Positions 19,371-28,385 of a stretch of DNA of 64,000 nucleotides are shown here, piece by piece. Position 1 is the stretch's first letter. Each line of letters begins with the position of its first letter. Location of the stretch: assembly GCA_964395655.1 (NCBI GenBank), contig CAYNBB010000004.1:2392-66391 (forward strand), in the 5' to 3' direction. The translations under genes were made by a program, and so were the position numbers. Under the pieces are notes generated by a model. The model saw nothing but the letters and a program-made list of their open reading frames with translations, ran no database searches and had not been told where the DNA came from. Source of the DNA: an uncultured Azospirillaceae bacterium. GTDB taxonomy: Bacteria; Pseudomonadota; Alphaproteobacteria; RF32; CAG-239.

Positions 19371-19418
19371 TGTCTGTTGCGTGTGGGGACACGCAGCCAT
19401 ACGGGGAGTTTTCAAAAG

Positions 19419-19829
19419 ATGGACTTTAAAAATCTTTCGGTTTTTAACGCAGCCAGTCAAAATATGCAGTATTTGTCGGCAAAACAAAAGGTTATTGCCG
19501 AGAATATTGCCAATGCCAATACCCCGGGCTATCTGGCACGCACGATTGAAGAGCCGTCTTTCGCTTCCGATGTTTCTTCTTCCCTCGCTCTTAAAACCAC
19601 CAATCCCCGGCATATCGGTCTGAACGGTAACCGTTCTTCCGACAAGCATTCTTATCGTGTCTATACGCCCGATCCTTCGGCCGCGCTTACGATTGACGGT
19701 AACGGCGTGATTTTGGAAGACCAGATGAATCAGGCCAGCAAAGCCAGCAGCGAATATAAGAAGACGATTACCATTTTCAACAAATACAAATCGCTTTTGC
19801 AAACGGCGAACACCAAGATTAACGCCTGA
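19419..19829 (+). CDS. flgB: Flagellar basal-body rod protein FlgB
   Basis: Contains QKVIAENIANANTPGY. Start set at the ATG at 19419 (GGGGAG RBS), because the longer ORF overlaps the divergent gene. Confidence 0.9.
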   Translation: MDFKNLSVFNAASQNMQYLSAKQKVIAENIANANTPGYLARTIEEPSFASDVSSSLALKTTNPRHIGLNGNRSSDKHSYRVYTPDPSAALTIDGNGVILEDQMNQASKASSEYKKTITIFNKYKSLLQTANTKINA

Positions 19830-19842
19830 GAGGGGAATTTAA

Positions 19843-20256
19843 ATGCCTAATAATCTGACAATCAGCGCTGATATCGCCGCTTCGGGAATGCGAGTGCAGG
19901 CCGAACGCCTGAAAGTGATTTCGCAGAACATGGCCAACGCGGATTCCGTTTCCGACGTTCCGGGCGGCGAACCGTATCGCCGACAGGTGGTAAGTTTCCA
20001 AAACTATGTTGATCAGGAAACCGGCGCACAGATGGTTCGCGTTGACAAAATTCAATATGACAATTCGCAATTTGAAAAAAAATACGAACCAGGCAATCCG
20101 GGGGCCGATGCCAACGGTTATGTGCTGCTGCCCAATGTCAATCCCCTGATTGAAATGATGGATATGAAAGAAGCACAGCGGGCTTATGATGCCAATATGA
20201 ACATGATGCGGACGGCGCGCGAAATGAGTTCCGCCACGCTTGACCTTTTGAAGTAG
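19843..20256 (+). CDS. flgC: Flagellar basal-body rod protein FlgC
   Basis: 137 aa. Contains SGMRVQAERLKVISQNMANADS and C-terminal NVNPLIEMMDMKEAQRAYDANMNMM. Confidence 0.93.
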   Translation: MPNNLTISADIAASGMRVQAERLKVISQNMANADSVSDVPGGEPYRRQVVSFQNYVDQETGAQMVRVDKIQYDNSQFEKKYEPGNPGADANGYVLLPNVNPLIEMMDMKEAQRAYDANMNMMRTAREMSSATLDLLK

Positions 20257-20267
20257 GGAGATAAACA

Positions 20268-20594
20268 GTGATTAGTAATGTTTCCAATGCCTTAAACGCA
20301 TATCAGCAGGCTTTGAGCCGAATTAATGCCGGCGAGCAGAAAGTTGTCGAAAACACTGATGTCGAGCCGCTTCAAACCAAAGGGTTTGGCGACATGGTAA
20401 AAGCTGCTGTCGAAGATGTTGCCGCGCTCAGCAAACAGGCTGAACATACATCGATTGCGGGTATTCAGGGCAAAGCTGACATTCAGGATGTCGTTTTGGC
20501 CGTCTCCAATGCCGAGATTGCTCTGGAAACGGTTGTCGCCGTACGCGATACGGCAATCAAGGCCTATAATACGATTATGCAAATGCCGATTTAG
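20268..20594 (+). CDS. fliE: Flagellar hook-basal body complex protein FliE
   Basis: 108 aa with a GTG start. The C-terminal VLAVSNAEIALETVVAVRDTAIKAYNTIMQMPI is typical of FliE, and the gene follows flgBC. Confidence 0.85.
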   Translation: MISNVSNALNAYQQALSRINAGEQKVVENTDVEPLQTKGFGDMVKAAVEDVAALSKQAEHTSIAGIQGKADIQDVVLAVSNAEIALETVVAVRDTAIKAYNTIMQMPI

Positions 20595-20791
20595 CCGGTC
20601 GGTGATCAGTGATTGGTTGTCTGTAATTTATATTGGTAATTTCTGTTCCCTGCAGTTGTTTTCGGACTTTTCTTCTTTATGCCATCCCCGGGTTTGTCCG
20701 GAAAAAGCCGTATAAAGAAAATTATCCGGATTCTGGAAATTTGGGGAGTCTGTAAGAGGCTAATAAAAATGCAGACCCTCAGCCCGCATTT

Positions 20792-21655
20792 TTACAGCAA
20801 TGTCGAAAACAGCGCGACAGACGGATCCGTTTTTCCGGCCGTCATCTGTGCAAAATTCAGATAACCGTTGGAAAGCATCGTGGCGGTAACGCTGTACCTT
20901 TGCGCCTGGATCTGAGCGGCATAGGCAGCCGAAATGCCGGTGGTAGAATTTAACGTTTCCGATGGCTGGGTCGTAATCTTTTTGTTTTTGCTGTCATCAG
21001 ACAAGGTCTGAGTCATTATATAGTCGTGCTTATAAGTCGTTCCCTGCAAAACCTGAAGCGCATAAGGATGAGATTCGCTGCGATCGGTTATTTCTTCCGA
21101 AGTTCCGACCTGAATGTAATAATCCCCCGGAGAAGCTTTGTATTCGCCGGTTACGATTTGCTTGAGCGTTTCATATTCTTTGCTGTCGCGGTCGGCGGAA
21201 CTGTCGGCGATCAGAACCTGTTTGCCGTTTTTGGTGGTGTAGATTTTAAGTGTCATGCCGGGAGCTGTCGGATCCAAGACGTTTTGGTTTTCCAGTTCTT
21301 CCGTTTTTTTGTCCTGTTCGGCCTGCCAACCTTCGGGATCAAGCTGTCTTTTCAGATCGTCGAGATATTCTTCGTATTCGGAAAGATCAAGTACGTTTTC
21401 GTCTTTCGAATCGGTGTTGCGGAGACTGACGGAAAGTTTGCCGTTAGATTGAACCTGAATTTTGTAATTATCTACGGAATTGTATTTGTCGATACTGGCG
21501 ACGGCAGTAACACGCGCATAATTCAAACGAGTATAGCCGAGATCACGGGCGTTGGCAAAGCTCTCGTCCACGTTGTTAACGTCGACAACGGTCTTTTCCC
21601 AGCTGTATATGCCGTATTCGTCTTTGTTGGTAACGCCAGAGATGCTGCTGCTCAT
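20792..21655 (-). CDS. Hypothetical protein; possible split PPC (pre-peptidase C-terminal)-like beta-sandwich with an acidic insert
   Basis: 287 aa from the ATG at 21655 (AAGGAG RBS). DNYKIQVQSNGKLSVSL and SPGDYYIQVG...HPYALQV recall PPC-domain strands. No signal peptide is visible. Function unknown. Confidence 0.55.
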   Translation of the reverse strand: MSSSISGVTNKDEYGIYSWEKTVVDVNNVDESFANARDLGYTRLNYARVTAVASIDKYNSVDNYKIQVQSNGKLSVSLRNTDSKDENVLDLSEYEEYLDDLKRQLDPEGWQAEQDKKTEELENQNVLDPTAPGMTLKIYTTKNGKQVLIADSSADRDSKEYETLKQIVTGEYKASPGDYYIQVGTSEEITDRSESHPYALQVLQGTTYKHDYIMTQTLSDDSKNKKITTQPSETLNSTTGISAAYAAQIQAQRYSVTATMLSNGYLNFAQMTAGKTDPSVALFSTLL

Positions 21656-21786
21656 GTTCGGTTTCTCCTTAAAACAGGTTAATCTCTTAATTATCAATTA
21701 TATTTTTGAAAAATTAAAACAGGGTTAACCTACTCGTCTATTCTTATTATATCATCAAAAAAAGTCAAAGTAAACAGTTTACGGGA

Positions 21787-22866
21787 CTATTCGATGACCG
21801 TGTCAATTATTCCGCCGCCGAGCACGGTTTGATTCCTGTATAAAACGACTGATTGCCCCGGCGTTAGGGCTTTTTGCAGATTTTCGAATTCAACGCGGAT
21901 TGAACCGTCGGCCAAAGGCGTAACGATAACCGGCGTCGGTTTCTGAGACGAACGGATTTTGGCTTCGGCCTTAAAAGTATCGGTTGCCGGAGCAAAATCC
22001 ATCCAGGTGCACTGAGCGGCTGTCAGAACCCGTTTGAGCGTTTCTTCGTCGTGCCCGAGGACAACTTCGTTGCGTTCCTTGTTAAAACCGATGACATACA
22101 ACGGACGTTCGGAAGAAATGCCCATACCGCGTCGTTGCCCGATGGTATAGTTCCAGATTCCGGTATGCCGTCCGAGAACATTGCCCTTGGTATCTACGAA
22201 GTTGCCCGGATTTTCTTTCGTTTCCAGTAAGTCATTGTAATCGCCGGCATAGAAATCCTGACTGTCGGGTTTGTCACAGACGTTGAGGCCGGCCTCTCGG
22301 GCAATGCTGCGAATTTGTTCCTTGGTATATTCGCCGAGCGGGAGCAGAATGTTTGCCAGTTGTTCCTGTTTGAGGCGATAAATGAAATAAGACTGGTCTT
22401 TTTTGGAATCAAGCGCCGACTGCAAAAACCAACGACCGCTTTGCGCATTATGTCCGAGACGGGCATAATGTCCGGTGGCGAATTTGTCGAATTCCAATCC
22501 TTGGGCGCGCGCCGTGCGCGGCAGAGCTTCGAATTTTATCATCGAGTTGCACCAGATGCACGGATTGGGAGTGCGGCCGTTGAGATATTCTTCGCGGAAA
22601 TTTTTGAGTACCAGTTTTTTGTATTCTTCGCGGCAGTCAAAGACATGATAAGGAATGCCGATTTTTTCGCAGATTTTGCGCGTTTCGGGAATTTCCGTCA
22701 GTTCCTTGGGGCCAAAGCAGGCATCTTTGCCGTTAGGCGCAAGATTGCGGACAACTTCGTCCCAAATCGTCATCGTGGCGCCGATAACTTCGTGTCCGGC
22801 TTTTTTGAGCAGCAGGGCGGCTACCGAAGAATCAACGCCGCCGCTCATTCCGACTAAAATTTTCAT
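21787..22866 (-). CDS. mnmA: tRNA 2-thiouridine(34) synthase MnmA
   Basis: 359 aa. Has the VGMSGGVDSSVAALLL PP-loop, NPCIWCN and TGHYAR. Confidence 0.95.
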   Translation of the reverse strand: MKILVGMSGGVDSSVAALLLKKAGHEVIGATMTIWDEVVRNLAPNGKDACFGPKELTEIPETRKICEKIGIPYHVFDCREEYKKLVLKNFREEYLNGRTPNPCIWCNSMIKFEALPRTARAQGLEFDKFATGHYARLGHNAQSGRWFLQSALDSKKDQSYFIYRLKQEQLANILLPLGEYTKEQIRSIAREAGLNVCDKPDSQDFYAGDYNDLLETKENPGNFVDTKGNVLGRHTGIWNYTIGQRRGMGISSERPLYVIGFNKERNEVVLGHDEETLKRVLTAAQCTWMDFAPATDTFKAEAKIRSSQKPTPVIVTPLADGSIRVEFENLQKALTPGQSVVLYRNQTVLGGGIIDTVIE

Positions 22867-23603
22867 AGCGTTTGTTCCTTTCTTGCAAAGTCCAGAAAGA
22901 CCGGTCGACGTCCCTCGGCAATCGCCTTGCGCTGATATTTGGTCTCAACCCAATCTTCCGGCTCATGTTTCCAGTCGTTGCCGCAAGCGGCAGTCCATCG
23001 AAAATCCGAACAGGCGTGCAATTGGCGCAAAGTCCAGCCTTTGTATACCTTATGATCCGTAGCGACGCGCAAAATGCCGCCCGGTTTGAGAATGCGCGCG
23101 ATTTCGCGAAGATTGTCCGGATTGATAAAACGGCGCGACGCATGGCGTTTTTTGGGCCAGGGATCGGGAAACAAAACAAACAGCTTATCGATAAAAGCGT
23201 CCGGAATGCGTTCAAAAAGCAAACGTACGTCATCGCCGAAAACACGAATATTGTCTACGCGTTCCGGCAACAGTCCGATGTCGTCGGAGACGTCGGCGCC
23301 TTCTTTGACGCCGGTAATGAGCGAAAGCAGATTGGCAACGCCGTTTTTAAAAACTTCGGCGCCGATAAAGCCGACGTCAGGATGTCTGAGCGCTTGTCCT
23401 GCCAAATGTTCGCCGTTGCCGAAGCCTATTTCCAGATAAACTTCGGAGACCGGTGTTCCGAATAATTTTTCTTTTTCAAATACAGTGTCTTTATTTATTT
23501 CTATCTGCGGCAAAAATTTATCGAGAAGCGAGGTCTTTGCCTTGCGGATGCGGCGTCCCTGCCGTCGACCGTAAAACTTGGGTTTATCCGAGGTTAAAAG
23601 CAT
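22863..23603 (-). CDS. trmB: tRNA (guanine46-N7)-methyltransferase TrmB
   Basis: Contains LEIGFGNGEHL and FPDPWPKKRHASRRF. ATG at 23603 with AAGGAG RBS. It overlaps metK by 20 nt and mnmA by 4 nt. Confidence 0.9.
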   Translation of the reverse strand: MLLTSDKPKFYGRRQGRRIRKAKTSLLDKFLPQIEINKDTVFEKEKLFGTPVSEVYLEIGFGNGEHLAGQALRHPDVGFIGAEVFKNGVANLLSLITGVKEGADVSDDIGLLPERVDNIRVFGDDVRLLFERIPDAFIDKLFVLFPDPWPKKRHASRRFINPDNLREIARILKPGGILRVATDHKVYKGWTLRQLHACSDFRWTAACGNDWKHEPEDWVETKYQRKAIAEGRRPVFLDFARKEQTL

Positions 23604-24747
23604 TTTTGAGCTCCTTTGCCAAATCAAGTTTTTCCCAGCTGAAATGTCCGCAGTCGTCCGGCCGGCGCCCGAAGTGTCCGTAAGAACTGGTCGGCAGATA
23701 TATCGGCCGGCGCAGGTCGAGGCGTTTGATGATGCCCTCTGGCGTCAGGCTGACAAGATTGCGAACGGTATTTAAGATTTGCGTTTCGTCAACTTTTGCC
23801 GTGTTTCCGGTGTTAATGTACAATGACAGCGGCTCGGTCACGCCAATAGCGTATGAAACCTGCAAGAGGCATTCTTCGGCGAGTCCTGCGGCAACAATGT
23901 TTTTGGCGAGATAACGCATCATATAAGCAGCCGAACGGTCGACTTTGGTCGGATCTTTGCCCGAAAAGGCTCCGCCGCCGTGCGGTGCCGCGCCGCCATA
24001 AGTGTCGACGATAATTTTGCGTCCGGTCAGTCCCGTATCTCCGGCAGGACCGCCGATGACAAACCGGCCGGTAGGATTAATCAGAATTTCGGTTGAATCG
24101 GAAAACAGCTTTTCGGGAACGCTTTCGCGCAACCGTGCAAGGACGATTCGACGGACTTCTTCGGAAGTCAGTTCGGAAACATGTTGGGTGGAAAGCACTA
24201 TTTTGGAAACGCGGATCGGTTGTCCGAGGTCGTCGTATTCTACCGTAAACTGGCTTTTGGAATCCGGCAGAATTCCCGGAATCGTGCCGCCGTGGCGTTT
24301 GAGGCTCAAATCGGACAAGGCTCTGTGCGCAAGGTAAATCGGCAGCGGCATATAGTCGGTATCAAAGCCTTTTTCGGCTTTGGCATAGCCGAACATAATT
24401 CCCTGATCGCCGGCGCCCATGCGGTCGACTCCTATTGCAATGTCGGCAGACTGCCGATGAATATAATTTTCGATATCGACGGTTTCGGCGGAAAAATCAG
24501 GCTGGTGATAGCCGATGCGGTCGATAACTCCGCTGACGACACGGCGAATCTCTTCGGAGGAGGGCTGCCAGACCGAATTGGTTTCTCCGGCAAGAATCAC
24601 TTTATTGGCAGTGGCCATAACTTCGATTGCGGTTCGGGCATGCGCGTCATGCGACAAATAAAGGTCAAGAAGACTGTCGGAGACGGCGTCGCAGACTTTG
24701 TCCGGATGACCTTCGGAAACGGATTCGCTGGTAAAAAAATACGACAT
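23584..24747 (-). CDS. metK: S-adenosylmethionine synthetase
   Basis: 387 aa. Contains FTSESVSEGHPDKVCD, GAGDQGIMFGYA and GGGAFSGKDPTKVDRS. Confidence 0.97.
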   Translation of the reverse strand: MSYFFTSESVSEGHPDKVCDAVSDSLLDLYLSHDAHARTAIEVMATANKVILAGETNSVWQPSSEEIRRVVSGVIDRIGYHQPDFSAETVDIENYIHRQSADIAIGVDRMGAGDQGIMFGYAKAEKGFDTDYMPLPIYLAHRALSDLSLKRHGGTIPGILPDSKSQFTVEYDDLGQPIRVSKIVLSTQHVSELTSEEVRRIVLARLRESVPEKLFSDSTEILINPTGRFVIGGPAGDTGLTGRKIIVDTYGGAAPHGGGAFSGKDPTKVDRSAAYMMRYLAKNIVAAGLAEECLLQVSYAIGVTEPLSLYINTGNTAKVDETQILNTVRNLVSLTPEGIIKRLDLRRPIYLPTSSYGHFGRRPDDCGHFSWEKLDLAKELKNAFNLG

Positions 24748-24787
24748 GAAATATCCTGAATTTGTTAACTTAACCGAAATGTATAAT

Positions 24788-24820
24788 AAAAAAAAGCCGG
24801 CGAAAAGCCAGCTTTTTTTT
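24788..24820 (-). terminator. Rho-independent terminator after the XRE regulator gene
   Basis: On the minus strand, agctggc-ttttc-gccggct (one mismatch) is followed by T8. Confidence 0.6.
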
Positions 24821-24835
24821 GAAAATTATCCGATT

Positions 24836-25327
24836 TTATTCTTCGTTGTTGCAATATGCGGATTTGGACATTGCAATAATCAGATCGTACAAATGACGGG
24901 CGGCTTTACGATTGGGAATTTTGTAATATGCTTTTACCAATTCGATCGTTTCCTGTTTTTGCATCGGATCGGCAACATAATCGGTTTCATCTTCATGCAA
25001 AGAAGACGATACGCTTTCCGAGACATTGAACATTCTGGGGCTCTGGTTGGCAACAATCTTGTCCATATCTTCGTAGAAAAAGCTGATCGGCGCTTCCAAA
25101 ACTTTGCTGATATCCCACAGACGGGAGGCTCCGACACGATTCATGCCGCGTTCATATTTCTGAACTTGTTGAAACGTTAAACCGAGAAGAGATGCCAAGC
25201 GTTCCTGACTCATCCCCAGAAGGGTTCTTCTGAGCCGAATTCGGTTTCCGACATGGACATCAATGGGATTGGGTTCTCCCAGAGGGGTGCGTCCGCGACT
25301 GGATTTTTTGGGAGTAATTTTTATCAT
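24836..25327 (-). CDS. XRE-family helix-turn-helix transcriptional regulator
   Basis: 163 aa. The HTH region is VGNRIRLRRTLLGMSQERLASLLGLTFQQVQKYERGMNRV. Its position between metK and lnt is common in alphaproteobacteria. Confidence 0.85.
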   Translation of the reverse strand: MIKITPKKSSRGRTPLGEPNPIDVHVGNRIRLRRTLLGMSQERLASLLGLTFQQVQKYERGMNRVGASRLWDISKVLEAPISFFYEDMDKIVANQSPRMFNVSESVSSSLHEDETDYVADPMQKQETIELVKAYYKIPNRKAARHLYDLIIAMSKSAYCNNEE

Positions 25328-25459
25328 CGTTTATGTTGTCCTTATAAAGTTTATTTGATATCAAGATAAAAGTTTAGAAGGAGTTCGTCAATAGATTTTT
25401 TATATAACATATTATATTAGCAGAATTTTATAGAACAGGCAAAAAGAATCGAACAATTC

Positions 25460-26926
25460 TTATTTATCAGGTTTTTGACGCAGAATAAACGCAATGCACA
25501 ATAAAAAAAGGCATAAACCCAATACAATATTGTTGCCATATCGGCTGTACGGCGTAGCGAAAGAGGCAAGCGCCGGAAGCGGAACATCCAAAATACCTGT
25601 TTCGTTAAGGTTAATTCGGCCGAGAATCGTGCCAAAAGGAGATATGAGAGCGCTGATCCCGTTATTGGCTATCCGCGCAACGGTAACGCCTTCTTCAACG
25701 GCGCGAAGTCTGGCTGCAACGAAGTGCTGATAGGGACCGAAAGAATTTCCGTACCAACCGTCATTCGTGGGATTGACAATCCATTGCGGCCGATCGGTCT
25801 GATCAATGATTTGATGCGGAAATATTGCTTCGTAACAAATTGCGACGCCTAAGTCAGGAAGGCCGGACAGCGAGATGTTTTGCGGGCCGGCGCCGGGAGT
25901 AAAAGTGCCGACGGTATTTGCCAGCGGACGGAGCCATCCGGGCAATAGGCTGCGTAACGGAACATATTCTCCGAAAGGCACAAGATGCGATTTGTCATAA
26001 TAAGCGGACGGACTGCCCTTGTCGTCAAGAATTATGACCGAATTGGAAACCCGGGGGCGGCCGCCGCGGCTGTGATAGCGAATTTGACCGGTAATCAGGT
26101 AACCGTTTTCAGGAATCGCCTGCCGCGCCTTGTCGTTGTGCGCTTCGTCGAAATCAAGCGGAAAAGGCGACGCCGTTTCGCCCCAGAGAACGGCTTTGAT
26201 GCCGTACAGAGGCTTTTGTTTTGACAACTCGACATAAGCGTCAAAATTCCGTTGGAGACTGTCCGCATTCCACTTAAGCGTTTGCGGAATGCTCGGCTGG
26301 ACAAACCTGACGACTGTCGATGACGGCGTATTTTGCTCACCGTTCAGGCGGGCGGAACCGACAACGTACATGAAGACAAGCGAGAGAGAAGATATGAGCA
26401 CGGTCGCAAGGGCATTTTTTTTATTCGATTCGGCAAGCCACAAAAAAGGCGCACCGCAGATCAGCAACGCCAAAAGCGACAACAGATAGGTTCCGCCGAA
26501 AGCGGACATTTGCAGCATTGCGGTATGAAAAGCAAAAACAGAGCCCCATAAATTCCACGGAAAGCCGGTCAGAAGAAAACTGCGGATCCATTCAAAAACG
26601 ACCATCAGAGCGCAAAAAGCCAGATAAACGGAGACCGGCTTGTCGAAACGCCGGCTCAGCCAGGCCGGAACAGCGACAAAAAGGCCGAAGAACGCGCCGC
26701 AGACAACAAAAACGACAGGATAAAGCGCCATCAAAAAGGTTTTATCAATGAGCACGGCATTGCCGATCCAAGACAGCCCGAACGAAAAAAAAGCAAAACC
26801 GAAACTGTATCCGCGCCGAAATGCCTGCCCCGGCGTCGGACTTGTCTGAATCAGAAGCAGCAAAAGGCTGATGCTGACGAACAACAGCGGAAAAAGATGC
26901 AACGGCGGAAGCGCGGCAACGCTCAT
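25460..26926 (-). CDS. lnt: Apolipoprotein N-acyltransferase Lnt
   Basis: 488 aa. A polytopic N-terminal half is followed by a CN-hydrolase domain (VLWGETA, ICYEAIFP, NDGWYG). The N-terminus may begin at an upstream non-ATG codon. Confidence 0.9.
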   Translation of the reverse strand: MSVAALPPLHLFPLLFVSISLLLLLIQTSPTPGQAFRRGYSFGFAFFSFGLSWIGNAVLIDKTFLMALYPVVFVVCGAFFGLFVAVPAWLSRRFDKPVSVYLAFCALMVVFEWIRSFLLTGFPWNLWGSVFAFHTAMLQMSAFGGTYLLSLLALLICGAPFLWLAESNKKNALATVLISSLSLVFMYVVGSARLNGEQNTPSSTVVRFVQPSIPQTLKWNADSLQRNFDAYVELSKQKPLYGIKAVLWGETASPFPLDFDEAHNDKARQAIPENGYLITGQIRYHSRGGRPRVSNSVIILDDKGSPSAYYDKSHLVPFGEYVPLRSLLPGWLRPLANTVGTFTPGAGPQNISLSGLPDLGVAICYEAIFPHQIIDQTDRPQWIVNPTNDGWYGNSFGPYQHFVAARLRAVEEGVTVARIANNGISALISPFGTILGRINLNETGILDVPLPALASFATPYSRYGNNIVLGLCLFLLCIAFILRQKPDK

Positions 26927-26969
26927 CCAGCCGCAAACGAAGGCGACAACTTTCGGATAGCGCAGGATT

Positions 26970-27854
26970 TTATTTGGAAACCGCAGTTGTCGTCTCCTTG
27001 GGAAGCATAATCAGAATCTTTTTAATCCGTTGCGGATCAACTTCAAGAATACGGAATTTAAGCCCTTCGGCTCCGTCAATAATTTCGCCGCGGGCAGGAA
27101 TGCGTTGGGCAATCTGGAAAACCAATCCTCCTAAGGTGTCAACGTCTTCTTTTTCATCTTCATCCAAAGCGGTGGTCAGATCAAGACCGGTCTGTTCTTT
27201 TATTTCGTCGAGTTCGGCCTTGGCATCGGCAACGATTTCGCCGTTTTCCTGTACAGTGATGACATGGTTTTCGTCAAAATCATATTCGTCTTCAATATCT
27301 CCGACGATTTCTTCCAGCAGGTCTTCGATGGTGACAAGGCCGTCGATGCCTCCGTATTCGTCAACAACCATGGCCATATGAACTTTTTGCAACTGCATTT
27401 GACGCAACAGATCCAACACCCGCATGGACGGAGACACAAATTTGACATTGTTGGTCACAATATCGGCCACTTTAACGTCTTTTCGGCCGTTAAGCAGGCA
27501 TTTGACCAAGTCGATGACATGAACGATGCCGATGATGTCATCAAGAGACTCTCCGTAAATCGGAATTCGCGAATGACCTTTGGTGACCATAAGTTCGGCA
27601 AGTTCGCCTATATTGCCGTTTTTGGGAAAACCGATAATGTCGGCGCGCGGGATCATTGCGTTGCCGCATTTTTTGTCACGCAGACATAAAATGTTATTGA
27701 GCAGAAGCTGCTCGTGTTCGGAAAATTCCTGATCACCGTCGGCCTCTTCTATCAAATCCTCGATGGTTTCGCGAACGGTTTCGGGTTGTTTGTGTTTGAA
27801 AAAACCGGTTACAAAACTGCAAAAAGACGTGTCGTTCTTCGTTTCGTCAGACAT
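26970..27854 (-). CDS. corC: CBS-pair + CorC/HlyC-domain protein (CorC/TlyC family)
   Basis: 294 aa. Contains MIPRADI, HSRIPIY and VVDEYGGIDGLVTIEDLLEEIVGDIEDE. It sits in the conserved ybeY-corC-lnt position. Confidence 0.88.
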   Translation of the reverse strand: MSDETKNDTSFCSFVTGFFKHKQPETVRETIEDLIEEADGDQEFSEHEQLLLNNILCLRDKKCGNAMIPRADIIGFPKNGNIGELAELMVTKGHSRIPIYGESLDDIIGIVHVIDLVKCLLNGRKDVKVADIVTNNVKFVSPSMRVLDLLRQMQLQKVHMAMVVDEYGGIDGLVTIEDLLEEIVGDIEDEYDFDENHVITVQENGEIVADAKAELDEIKEQTGLDLTTALDEDEKEDVDTLGGLVFQIAQRIPARGEIIDGAEGLKFRILEVDPQRIKKILIMLPKETTTAVSK

Positions 27855-27863
27855 AATCCGTTA

Positions 27864-28385
27864 TTACTCCTGATAGGGGTTGCTGATGTTGAACTGCTGC
27901 AAAATTTTTATTTCAAAATTCTCCATGTATTCGGCTTCTTCGTCTTCCTGATGATCGAAACCAAGCAGATGCAGCAGTCCGTGGATAAGAAGATGAGAAA
28001 AGTGATCGCGCAGAGGAATCTTTTTTTCGGCTGCTTCCCGGGAAAGGGTTTCATAAGCTATGATAATGTCGCCCAGTTCTATTTCGGAACTGACTTTTAC
28101 GTAATCGCCAAAGTCTTCGTCATCAATATTGGCAAACGAAAGGACGTTGGTCGGTTTGTCAAGTCCGCGAAATTCCCGGTTGAGCCTGCGGATTTCCGCG
28201 TCGTCGCTCAGCGAAAGGTTGACACAGATCTTTTTGCCGGTATTGAGAAAGCCTGTTTCCTCATGGGTTCCGACATAAGACAAAACGGCGGCAAAAACCT
28301 CTTCGGAAACCGCTGCTGCGTCAAATCCGCAGGCAATCCAGGCGTCGTCATCCGTCGTGACATTGATAATGTTATTCATCACCAT
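27864..28385 (-). CDS. ybeY: rRNA maturation endoribonuclease YbeY
   Basis: Has the Zn motif HLLIHGLLHLLGFDH. Start set at the ATG at 28385 or 28379, because the 216-aa ORF would extend into phoH. Confidence 0.9.
   Translation of the reverse strand: MVMNNIINVTTDDDAWIACGFDAAAVSEEVFAAVLSYVGTHEETGFLNTGKKICVNLSLSDDAEIRRLNREFRGLDKPTNVLSFANIDDEDFGDYVKVSSEIELGDIIIAYETLSREAAEKKIPLRDHFSHLLIHGLLHLLGFDHQEDEEAEYMENFEIKILQQFNISNPYQE

Noticed and set aside
24748-24835. Looked for a SAM riboswitch in the metK leader
   Set aside because: Only about 40 nt lie between the upstream gene's terminator and the metK ATG. That is too short, and no SAM-II/SAM-V-like pseudoknot sequence is visible.
25398-25425. Possible dif (XerCD) site, because of the ATAACATATTATAT core and xerD in the window
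   Set aside because: Only the XerD-arm-like half matches, about 8 of 11 bases by eye. The XerC arm (GCGCA-type) is absent. The more likely explanation is an AT-rich promoter or operator.
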